This document shows, piece after piece, positions 46,379-54,280 of a stretch of DNA of 64,000 nt (positions are counted from its first letter, which is position 1; the number at the start of each line of letters is the position of its first letter). The translations under genes and the position numbers were made by a program. The stretch is from a bacterium (lineage in GTDB: Bacteria; Bdellovibrionota_C; UBA2361; SZUA-149; JAEUWB01). The stretch is taken from the NCBI GenBank assembly GCA_016786595.1, contig JAEUWB010000035.1, forward strand, positions 3,182 to 67,181. The letters run 5' to 3'. The notes under the pieces were generated by a model. The model saw only the letters and a list, made by a program, of their open reading frames with translations. It ran no database searches and had not been told where the DNA came from.

Positions 46379-47445
46379 ATACTGCCGCGTTTGCGGGAGA
46401 GCCAGCCATCTTCAAGTAATTCTCGTGGCGAAAAGTTACTGGCCTCTGAGCAGTGTAAGACCGGAACACAAACACATTCTCTCAGATTATATTGCTGATT
46501 TTGGTGATAAAGTATTGCCGCAACTCCAGCATCGCGGATCGCTTGGTTGAATCTAACTTGAATTTTCCCTTGAGGTGGCAGGAAGCTATTGTTCGCATAT
46601 AATTTATGCTCACGAAGTGTATTTAAAGTGTGTTCAATCTCTTTGGGTAAATCATCGGTGCCAAGCTCAACTAAAGGGCGAAAAGTATGAGTGCTCAGGC
46701 CAATCGTAACATGATTGTTGGAGAGTTCGGTTAAATGCTGCCAAGACATAAACGTGACATCACTCTTTAGCTCGGCGTAGTTGCGGGCAAGCTCTCCGTA
46801 GAGCCCTAAGATTATAAAGCGATTTTCTGGAGAACTTTGAGCAAGTGCTTCGGTGAGTTCATCTAAGGCGAGATAAAAATCGTTGTCGGATTCTTTTTCT
46901 AAAAGACGAAACAGCAAATCGCGCGTCGGATCTACTTTGTCTTTGGTTAGGCCTTGCTCACTTAAGTCTCTGAGTATTTTTTTACGAGATCTGAAGCAGG
47001 TGAGTAGGGCCAGAGCAAGCTTGTCTTGCCAGAGCATTTCCGCGGTCCCAAGGTATGCCGTAGCCGGAAAGATTGTGACCGGAAGTTTGAGTTCTTGAAT
47101 AATTGGCAGTGCAATGAAGTAATGTTCCAGATATGCGCCTTCTAAGATTAGACTTACCGTGAGGGGATTGATCTTGTGATTGTGACTTCGTGCTTCGATT
47201 AGATCTTCTAAAGGCATTACGGTCATATGCCTAGCAACCCAGCGCAATAAGTTTTCAAAATGTTCCGGTGTGATATAGCGGTTGCTAGCAATCGGATAGG
47301 GAAGCTTCTCTGGATCAATAATTCTTTCAAATGCAAGTAGGCGATGATTTAATCCCCTGAGGCTTGCAATTTTTTTTAAAATCCCTGAATGAAAGCTAAT
47401 TGTTTTAGCTGCTAGAAGAAAGAGATCGGCCCAAGGAGAACTCAT
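46375..47445 (-). CDS. Hypothetical protein, possibly a divergent polysaccharide deacetylase (NodB-fold)-like protein
   Basis: Weak resemblance (VSLILEGAYLEHYFIALPIIQELKLPVTIFPATAYLG vs the NodB TFDDG...PATFF pattern), but the Asp-Asp motif is not conserved. Low confidence. Confidence 0.35.
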   Translation of the reverse strand: MSSPWADLFLLAAKTISFHSGILKKIASLRGLNHRLLAFERIIDPEKLPYPIASNRYITPEHFENLLRWVARHMTVMPLEDLIEARSHNHKINPLTVSLILEGAYLEHYFIALPIIQELKLPVTIFPATAYLGTAEMLWQDKLALALLTCFRSRKKILRDLSEQGLTKDKVDPTRDLLFRLLEKESDNDFYLALDELTEALAQSSPENRFIILGLYGELARNYAELKSDVTFMSWQHLTELSNNHVTIGLSTHTFRPLVELGTDDLPKEIEHTLNTLREHKLYANNSFLPPQGKIQVRFNQAIRDAGVAAILYHQNQQYNLRECVCVPVLHCSEASNFSPRELLEDGWLSRKRGSI

Positions 47446-47447
47446 AT

Positions 47448-47891
47448 TTAACTCATTTTGCTAGGGAAATTATGCAGGGCTTTCTTGAGTTGTTCTGGTA
47501 AAGGGCAAATCTCAAATTCATGAGTTGGGCTTGTTTTTACAAAAACGTGCTTGGTGCGCCCATGGTGTAATAAATCTGTAATTGCAGATTTGCGTGAAGA
47601 GAAAATATTATAATTTGCTTGAAAGCTCGCTTTGCCGATTTCAGAAAAATATAATTCAACTACTAATTCGTTACCGTAGCGAATTGGTTTTTTATACTGT
47701 AGCTCTGCGTCAATGACCGCCAAGTGATAATTTTCTTTTACTAAGTCCGAGTAGGGCAGGGCGATTGAGCGCAAAAAATCTTCGCGCGCACGTTCGTAGA
47801 TTACAAAATAATTTGCGTGGTAAAGCACTCCGCCTAAATCAAAAAGACCAAGCTGAAGATTGTCGATCGTTGTGATGAAGGGCTGGTTCAA
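47448..47891 (-). CDS. Hotdog-fold acyl-CoA thioesterase (YbgC/4HBT-like)
   Basis: LGLFDLGGVLYHANYFVIYERAREDFL pattern typical of 4HBT thioesterases. 147 aa. Confidence 0.6.
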   Translation of the reverse strand: MNQPFITTIDNLQLGLFDLGGVLYHANYFVIYERAREDFLRSIALPYSDLVKENYHLAVIDAELQYKKPIRYGNELVVELYFSEIGKASFQANYNIFSSRKSAITDLLHHGRTKHVFVKTSPTHEFEICPLPEQLKKALHNFPSKMS

Positions 47892-47930
47892 TTGATCTAA
47901 TCTCAGCCACTAGGCGATTAATATTTGTGC

Positions 47931-48137
47931 TTAAATATCTTTTTGCGCAGTTTGAATTAAACGCAATGATAAATTGTGATCTGTTTGCGGAATTTCTCCG
48001 CTACTGTATTTCTCTACTAACTGCTCACGCGTTAATTCTAAATCACTAGAGCGCGTATTATCTCTAGTTGTTAAGACAGCAGAAAGTGCAATTACAAGCA
48101 GTGCTGATCCTAAAACTATTGAGAGATGATTTTTCAT
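47931..48137 (-). CDS. Small secreted hypothetical protein (68 aa)
   Basis: Signal-like MKNHLSIVLGSALLVIALSAVL. ORF only. Confidence 0.3.
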   Translation of the reverse strand: MKNHLSIVLGSALLVIALSAVLTTRDNTRSSDLELTREQLVEKYSSGEIPQTDHNLSLRLIQTAQKDI

Positions 48138-48251
48138 AAGTGCCTGATTGGATTCACTAAAAAAGCGCCACTAATACGCTGGACTTTAATCGAGTTTAAC
48201 TGAGTAGACAAGATTAGAATTCTAATCTTAACGTAATTTTTCGGAAAAAAT

Positions 48252-48923
48252 TTAGTCTGATCGCTCGGGATGAATGAAAATCCAAAAAATAAAAAAGCCT
48301 GTCAAAAATCCTCCGATGTGGCCCCACCATGCAACATTCTCCTGGCCGGCAGCAGCACCAAGCTGGCTGCCAGCAAGAATCTGCGCAATAAACCAAACAG
48401 CGATATAGAAAAATGCTCGAATTTGAATGAAGTAGGGAATGATAATGATAGGGATCACAGTAATGATTTTTGCCCCGGGATACATAAACGCATACGCAGC
48501 TATCACCCCTGACACAGCCCCAGAAGCTCCAATCACAGGCATGGAGGAATTCTTAAATACCACTGCATGCACAATCCCTGAACCTAAGCCGCAGAGAATA
48601 TAGAAGAAAATAAAGCGCCCAACCCCCATGCGGTCTTCGACATTGTCGCCGAATAGGTGCAAGGTCCACAGATTAAGCGCTAGATGTAGCAAGCTCCCAT
48701 GTAAGAAAAGACTCGTCAGTAAAGGGAGGAAGCGACTCTGCCAGCTTATTGCTTCAGCAGTCAGGAGTTCCCTCGGAACTAGCGCGTATAATTTAATCGC
48801 GTCTTCAATCGATCGCTTGTCTAATGTTGTTTCCCAGAAAAATACTAGTATATTTATAATAATTAATGTCCAAGTCGCCGCAGGGAAATTAGATGGACGC
48901 TTATTGTCTCGTAATGGGAACAT
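48252..48923 (-). CDS. Rhomboid family intramembrane serine protease
   Basis: Catalytic GASGAVSGV (GxSG) in a TM helix and a downstream HIGGFLTGF histidine helix. Six TM segments. Confidence 0.8.
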   Translation of the reverse strand: MFPLRDNKRPSNFPAATWTLIIINILVFFWETTLDKRSIEDAIKLYALVPRELLTAEAISWQSRFLPLLTSLFLHGSLLHLALNLWTLHLFGDNVEDRMGVGRFIFFYILCGLGSGIVHAVVFKNSSMPVIGASGAVSGVIAAYAFMYPGAKIITVIPIIIIPYFIQIRAFFYIAVWFIAQILAGSQLGAAAGQENVAWWGHIGGFLTGFFIFWIFIHPERSD

Positions 48924-48947
48924 GCCTATGCCTTATACGAAGAAAAT

Positions 48948-49580
48948 ATGTTTAAGCACATAAAAAATATACTGATTTTGATGATTGCGACGGTTTTGCT
49001 GGCCAGTATTTTTATTGGACCCGAGCTCGTTACCGAATATCTGCCGCGCTTAATCTTCAAACGAAATTTTGCAGAAATTATCCCAGGAGAATTTTATCGA
49101 TCAGGGCAAATGTCACATCAACGGTTGGCCCGCACAATTACAAGCAATAAAATCAGAACAGTCCTGGATTTGCGTTATGGAGAAGACGACCCAGAAGCAG
49201 ATGGCAAGCGTGAAAAAGATATTGTTGCGGAACTCGGCGGCAAATATCTCCATTTCCCACTGCGCGCATCCCGCCGTCCAGAGCAGAAAACGATTCAAGA
49301 ACTCATTCAAATTTTAGACACGCTAGAAAGCCCGGTGCTTGTGCATTGTAGTGACGGAGCGCATCGCACCAGTGTCGTCAGTGCGATTTGGATGTTAACC
49401 CAGGCGCATGAAGATTTGAGTCTAGCACTCGAGCAAATGAGTCCGCGTTACGGTTTTGTCAAAGCGGAACGCCAGTTTGCTGAATTCTTAAATGGCTACC
49501 CGACCATCGATGATTTGATTTGGGATTATCAGCAAGAAACAAACGGTCAAATGCCCTTTCGTGAATGGGTCGCGAAGTAG
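48948..49580 (+). CDS. Membrane-anchored protein-tyrosine/dual-specificity phosphatase-like protein
   Basis: CX5R active site VLVHCSDGAHRTSVV. N-terminal TM helix. Confidence 0.7.
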   Translation: MFKHIKNILILMIATVLLASIFIGPELVTEYLPRLIFKRNFAEIIPGEFYRSGQMSHQRLARTITSNKIRTVLDLRYGEDDPEADGKREKDIVAELGGKYLHFPLRASRRPEQKTIQELIQILDTLESPVLVHCSDGAHRTSVVSAIWMLTQAHEDLSLALEQMSPRYGFVKAERQFAEFLNGYPTIDDLIWDYQQETNGQMPFREWVAK

Positions 49581-49593
49581 GGGGGTGATGCTG

Positions 49594-49637
49594 CTTCGGC
49601 TTAGGCTTGCACTGCTCCTTATCCTTACTCTTAACCT
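49594..49637. repeat. Repeat family B, reverse-orientation copy upstream of the four-helix-bundle gene
   Basis: CTTCGGCTTAGGCTTGCACTGCTCCTTATCCTTACTCTTAACC (rc about GGTTAAGAGTAAGGATAAGGAGCAGTGCAAGCCTAAGCC). Confidence 0.5.
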
Positions 49638-49700
49638 GCTGTTTTCATAAATTTTCGCTTCATTTCCGCAACAAGCACACAGAAACGGAGGAATATAGAT

Positions 49701-50078
49701 ATGGAGGCAATTGCATCTATGTTCAGTCATCAAAAATTATATGTATATCAAAAGGCTATAACTTATTTTTCAAAAATTGCAGACATTCTTGTCCAAATTC
49801 CACCGGGGAACAAAGACATCGTAAGCCAGTTGAGGAGGGCAGCGATCTCAATAGCGCTTAATATTGCCGAAGGTGCAGGTAAGACAAGTTCTATGGATAA
49901 AAGACGTTTTTATTCGATAGCACGTGGCTCTGCTTTAGAATGTGCTGCGATATTTGATTTATTGGTTATCTTGAAGCTTTCAAGTGAGGAAGAATTGAGC
50001 GAATGTCGCGCACTTCTGAGCGAAATTGCGTCAATGTTTTCAGCTATGACACAGGTGAACAAAAAGGTCGAAGGCTAA
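49701..50078 (+). CDS. Four-helix-bundle protein (TIGR02436 / S23p type, the family typically encoded inside 23S rRNA intervening sequences)
   Basis: YQKAITYFSKIADIL...LRRAAISIALNIAEGAGKTSSMDKRRFYSIARGSALECAAIFDLL is the characteristic pattern of this family. The stop codon lies inside the downstream family-B repeat. Confidence 0.75.
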   Translation: MEAIASMFSHQKLYVYQKAITYFSKIADILVQIPPGNKDIVSQLRRAAISIALNIAEGAGKTSSMDKRRFYSIARGSALECAAIFDLLVILKLSSEEELSECRALLSEIASMFSAMTQVNKKVEG

Positions 50079-50103
50079 GGGGAAGTTCAAGCCTAAGCCT
50101 AAG
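50073..50103. repeat. Repeat family B, forward copy immediately downstream of, and overlapping the stop of, the four-helix-bundle gene
   Basis: GGCTAAGGGGAAGTTCAAGCCTAAGCCTAAG. Confidence 0.55.
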
Positions 50104-50123
50104 AGACAACCTTCGCACTGAGT

Positions 50124-52001
50124 CTACAACTCAACCTGCAAGCCAATTTCCAAAACTTGATTTGGTGGAATCTTGAAATACTGCGTTGCGGGCTGCGAAT
50201 TACGCTGCAAGAAAGCAAATAATTTCTCGCGCCAAATTGCCATGCCCGGACGCGGGGTCGCAAGTAAAATTTCGCGCCCAAGAAAGAATGTCACTTCCTC
50301 AGTGCGCACTTCTAAATCGTGAGCGAGGCAGGCACTTAAGATATTCTCAATTGAGGGTTTTTGCATGAAGCCATAACGTGCCAGAATCCGATAAAAGCCG
50401 TGATCGAGTTGTTGAATCGAAACTCGTTCGTGAAATGGGATTACTGGAGTTTGTTCGAAAAGCACTGTAATAAAAAGAACGCGCTCGTGTAGCACTTTGT
50501 TATGACGCAGATTGTGCACTAATGCTGGCGGGATACCTGAAGTCGAGCCAGTCATGAAAATTGCCGTCCCGGAAACTCGCGAAATCTGACGTGTTGGAAG
50601 TTCGCTGAAAAATTTATCAAGCGGCACGGTCTGTTCACGCAGGCGTTCAGCAAGAATACCTCGACCGCGTTGCCAGGTTGTCATCATTGCAAAAATTACT
50701 ATGCCTGTAACCAGCGGGAACCAGCCGCCATCTGCTATTTTTAAACAGTTGGCCCCGAGAAATAAGAGTTCAATTATGAGTATTGGTAAAATTACAACTA
50801 TCGACTTGACCCATGACCATTTCCAGACTCCACGCGTCACGTAGAACATCATTGATGTTGTTAGCACCATCGTCAATGATACTGCTACGCCATACGCGCC
50901 AGCAAGTGCGCTTGACGTGCGAAAGGTTAATACTAGCCAGAGCGTGGTAACTAGTAGGGCAGTATTTATCGAAGGTACGTAAATCTGGCCGATTTGCTCT
51001 GCTGAAGTATGGGTGACGCGCACACGCGGAAAATATCCGAGTTGAATCGCTTGGCGAGTTAGTGAAAAAACTCCCGAGACGATTGCTTGAGAGGCAATCA
51101 CAGTAGCTGCTGTTGCTAGCGCAACTAATGGAATTAGTCCCCAGGTTGGTGCAAGCATGTAAAACGGATTCTTAATTGATAAGGGATCGTGCAAGAGTAG
51201 TGCTCCCTGGCCAAGATAGTTTAAGAGCAGTCCAGGCAGGGCAAAGAAAAACCAGCCATACTTAATAGGAATCCGTCCAAAATGTCCCATGTCGGCGTAG
51301 AGCGCTTCGCCACCAGTGACCACTAGAAATACTGAACTGAGCAGAAAAAAAGCGTGAGCTGGATCATCAAGTGCTAGTTCAATGGCATAGCTTGGATTGA
51401 AAGATAAAAATACTGAAGGCTCTTTGAGAATCCCGTAAATACCTAAAAGTCCCAATACCGCGTACCAGAGGATAATGATTGGCCCAAAAACAGTCCCAAT
51501 CCGTGCCGTGCCGAAACGTTGACTCATGAAAAAGAAAAGTAAAATTAGAATGGTAATGCCGATCACATATTTTTCGAATACTGGTGTAACAATTGCTAGG
51601 CCTTCAACTGCGCTGAGCACTGAGATTGCCGGAGTAATTACTCCATCACCAAAAAGTAAGGCAGTTCCAAAAAGTCCCATGACAATAATGCCCACAGTCA
51701 GAGTCGAATGGTCGCGCGGCTTGGCCAGGGCCATTAACGCCAAGATTCCGCCTTCACCTTGGTTATCGGCACGCATCACAAAAGTTACATATTTAATGCT
51801 GATCAAAATAATTAAAGACCAGATAATTAAGGAGAGTACCCCGAGTACATGGCTAGGTGTTAAACTTAATCCATGTGCTTCGGAGAAGCATTCCCGCATC
51901 GCATATAATGGACTGGTTCCGATATCTCCGAAAACAACTCCCAGCGCTCCGAGGGTTAGTTCCCATGTTGTAGTTTTAGATTTTTGATTATTATCTGACA
52001 T
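50124..52001 (-). CDS. kup: KUP/HAK/KT potassium uptake transporter
   Basis: 625 aa, 12 TM segments, N-terminal LTLGALGVVFGDIGTSPLY signature of Kup. Confidence 0.9.
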   Translation of the reverse strand: MSDNNQKSKTTTWELTLGALGVVFGDIGTSPLYAMRECFSEAHGLSLTPSHVLGVLSLIIWSLIILISIKYVTFVMRADNQGEGGILALMALAKPRDHSTLTVGIIVMGLFGTALLFGDGVITPAISVLSAVEGLAIVTPVFEKYVIGITILILLFFFMSQRFGTARIGTVFGPIIILWYAVLGLLGIYGILKEPSVFLSFNPSYAIELALDDPAHAFFLLSSVFLVVTGGEALYADMGHFGRIPIKYGWFFFALPGLLLNYLGQGALLLHDPLSIKNPFYMLAPTWGLIPLVALATAATVIASQAIVSGVFSLTRQAIQLGYFPRVRVTHTSAEQIGQIYVPSINTALLVTTLWLVLTFRTSSALAGAYGVAVSLTMVLTTSMMFYVTRGVWKWSWVKSIVVILPILIIELLFLGANCLKIADGGWFPLVTGIVIFAMMTTWQRGRGILAERLREQTVPLDKFFSELPTRQISRVSGTAIFMTGSTSGIPPALVHNLRHNKVLHERVLFITVLFEQTPVIPFHERVSIQQLDHGFYRILARYGFMQKPSIENILSACLAHDLEVRTEEVTFFLGREILLATPRPGMAIWREKLFAFLQRNSQPATQYFKIPPNQVLEIGLQVEL

Positions 52002-52066
52002 CTATTCTGAATACTTGATCCGCGTTAAGTTAATCGTTAAATATTAAAACATAGATAATTTTAAGC

Positions 52067-53053
52067 ATGAAGTCAGTAACATTTTCATTTCGCACGGAAA
52101 CAGCGCTTTTTTCTTTGGCCTTTGGCGGGCTGCCACTGCGTGAGCAGGCGTTTAAGGGGGCAATGCGCTACTGGTATAGGGCCTTCTGTGCTTCTGCTTA
52201 TAATCTTAAATCTCTTGCGCATAAAGAGTCGCAAATTTTTGGCTCTAGTGGGAGACAAGGCCAGGCCACGAGGGGAGTGCGTCTCCAACTAATCCGACCA
52301 AACGTCCTGCCCCAAGAAATCTCGCCACAGCCACACAAGGAACGGGTTAAACCTTTGCGCGCCTTGCCAGCGCGGCATGAATTTCAACTTGTGTTATCAC
52401 AACCACACTCGATGCGTGACGAGGATTTTCTAAAAGCCTGTGCTGCACTTTGGCTTGCTGCTACAATCGGTGGATTTGGTCGGCGTTCGCGACGTGGAGC
52501 GGGAGGAGTGCGGGTTATTTCAATCTCAGGTTCGTATCAACTGAACTTGCCAGTAATCCATCAGCAGTGGTCGAGTGACGAACTTAAGAATGCATTAAGT
52601 GCCGGTTTAATTGAAGCCAGAAAAATATTATTCGAAGGCGGAAAAAATATTGAAACTCCCAATCAGTTGCGCGGCGATATCCCACAACTGGTTAGCGGTA
52701 AAGATGGTTCGCATATTATTATTTCTGACCTCGGCCCTAGTAGCGAAGCCGAAGCGCGCGCTAAGCTCATGCTTAAGTTACGGCAATTTAAAAACCAAAT
52801 TTTTGGTTTGCCGTTGAAGATCAATCAGGGAGAGAATGGAGCGCAGGCAGAACGAAAAGAGCGCTTCAGTCGAGAAGGTTCCAAGCGTTATGCATCACCA
52901 GTATGGATCAGGCTAATTGAGTTAAAGAGCGGGTGGACAATGATTGTCACACTCTTATTGCCGCTGCCCCGAGTTAAAACGGCCAATCGAGATAAGCTAG
53001 ATGAATTTTTAGCTGCGCTCAAGCAGAACCGTAAAGAGGTTGCAATTCCATGA
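52067..53053 (+). CDS. cmr1: Type III CRISPR RAMP protein, Cmr1-like
   Basis: N-terminal TETALFSLAFGGLPLREQAFKGAMRYWYRAF matches the Cmr1 LFxGG...RxxSxKGALRFWFRA signature. QIFGSS block. Gly-rich loop GGFGRRSRRGAGGVRV. First gene of a four-gene operon with overlapping stops and starts. Confidence 0.6.
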   Translation: MKSVTFSFRTETALFSLAFGGLPLREQAFKGAMRYWYRAFCASAYNLKSLAHKESQIFGSSGRQGQATRGVRLQLIRPNVLPQEISPQPHKERVKPLRALPARHEFQLVLSQPHSMRDEDFLKACAALWLAATIGGFGRRSRRGAGGVRVISISGSYQLNLPVIHQQWSSDELKNALSAGLIEARKILFEGGKNIETPNQLRGDIPQLVSGKDGSHIIISDLGPSSEAEARAKLMLKLRQFKNQIFGLPLKINQGENGAQAERKERFSREGSKRYASPVWIRLIELKSGWTMIVTLLLPLPRVKTANRDKLDEFLAALKQNRKEVAIP

Positions 53054-53844
53054 GCGAGAAAACAGTTTTTATTCATGCCTTAACGGGCATTGGCTCGACC
53101 GGTGAGAAAACTGCAAGCCTGACTTATCTACCACGCGCGGCCATGGAAGCGGCCATAGACACGGATTTAAAAATTCCAGTCATCAGAACCTCAACCTTAA
53201 TGCGGGCGTTGCGGCATGCTAAAATTACAATCAATCCTGAGAATATTTCTTATGACCCGAGCTTATTGCTTTTACCGGTGCGCACCCCCGCGGGACTTTT
53301 TGCCTGGATCACTTGTCCGGCAGCGCTCGGGAAAATGAAATTACTCGGGTCGAATAGCAATCAAACGATCCAAGGCTTTACTTTTAATCCTGAAGTTCAA
53401 GCTTACGTTACACGGTCGTGTCAAATTTTACTCGATCGGGAATTAATAATTGAAGAATATTTCTTACGTTCAAAATACAGTAATGAACTTGATGTGATCG
53501 CGCTTGAACTTGCAAAAAATATTTTTTCTGACCCAGGATATGAATGGTGGCAAAAGAAACTCCAAATGGATCTCGTTGTCGTCAGTAACCAAACCTTTGC
53601 TGCAATGCTGCAAACGGCCCTGGAAATACGCGCACGTGTTGCCGGCAATTCCGCTCAAATCGCAAGGAAGACTCCCTACCTCTACGAAGAGCTATTTCCA
53701 GCAGAAGCGGTGCTAATTACCGCTTTAGCTGCAGAAAACTTGCCAACAGAGACAAAATTAATTGAACTCGGGAATAATCTTAGCACCGGACGAGGGCTAT
53801 CTCGACTAATTATGAGAGCAAGTAGTTATGACCTTGGAGCATAA
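53050..53844 (+). CDS. cmr4: Type III CRISPR backbone RAMP, Cmr4
   Basis: Start overlaps the cmr1 stop (ATGA). Cmr4 signature blocks: LLLPVRTPAGLFAWITCPAALGKMK (thumb region: L.PVRS..G.FAyvTSP.vL.R), ARKTPYLYEELFPAEAVLITAL (gaLfyeE.lPaesvfy), and terminal Gly-rich loop ELGNNLSTGRGLSRL. The N-terminal IPVIRTSTLMRALRHA corresponds to the IPGSSLKGVLR block but is divergent. Confidence 0.65.
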   Translation: MSEKTVFIHALTGIGSTGEKTASLTYLPRAAMEAAIDTDLKIPVIRTSTLMRALRHAKITINPENISYDPSLLLLPVRTPAGLFAWITCPAALGKMKLLGSNSNQTIQGFTFNPEVQAYVTRSCQILLDRELIIEEYFLRSKYSNELDVIALELAKNIFSDPGYEWWQKKLQMDLVVVSNQTFAAMLQTALEIRARVAGNSAQIARKTPYLYEELFPAEAVLITALAAENLPTETKLIELGNNLSTGRGLSRLIMRASSYDLGA

Positions 53845-54259
53845 AACAGCTGATCGCGGAACTGCGGTAGTTGCTGCGGCAGACAATTTATTTTCTGCTG
53901 CACTAAAGCGCCGAAAATCTGGCGCAACTAAAGCGCTGATTTATCGTATGCCGGTTGTGATTGCACGCCATGGTATCGGACAAGCTATTGCTGAATTAGA
54001 GCAGAGTCCAGTAGGTAAAATGGTTCGACATTATTTAGGACTTTGGATCTGTGAACAAGCAGGAAGCGATGCTCAAAAGCTTAAAAATTTTCGCACTGCA
54101 GCTTGGGAAAGCGATTCGCAGTTGGTAATGTCAATCACTAGCGCAGCGCTCAAATTTTTTGCCCTGCAAGCTCAGCAATTCACGCAAGTGCAGACTGATT
54201 TGCAGGAGAATCTGGAAAGTCCCGAACAGACAGCCACAATTGATCAACTAAACGAGTAA
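53828..54259 (+). CDS. cmr5: Small alpha-helical subunit, Cmr5-like (143 aa)
   Basis: Overlaps the cmr4 end. All-helical, right size, and MPVVIARHGIGQAIAEL resembles the Cmr5 aPVmIlsnGLlQTLAFL block. Weakest of the four assignments. Confidence 0.45.
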   Translation: MTLEHKTADRGTAVVAAADNLFSAALKRRKSGATKALIYRMPVVIARHGIGQAIAELEQSPVGKMVRHYLGLWICEQAGSDAQKLKNFRTAAWESDSQLVMSITSAALKFFALQAQQFTQVQTDLQENLESPEQTATIDQLNE

Positions 54260-54280
54260 CACTGAACGAGTAAGACTGAG

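Noticed and set aside
51526-51987. ORF 51526-51987 (+), 153 aa, antisense to kup
   Set aside because: The kup frame is supported by 12 TM segments and the Kup N-terminal signature. The antisense ORF has no features.
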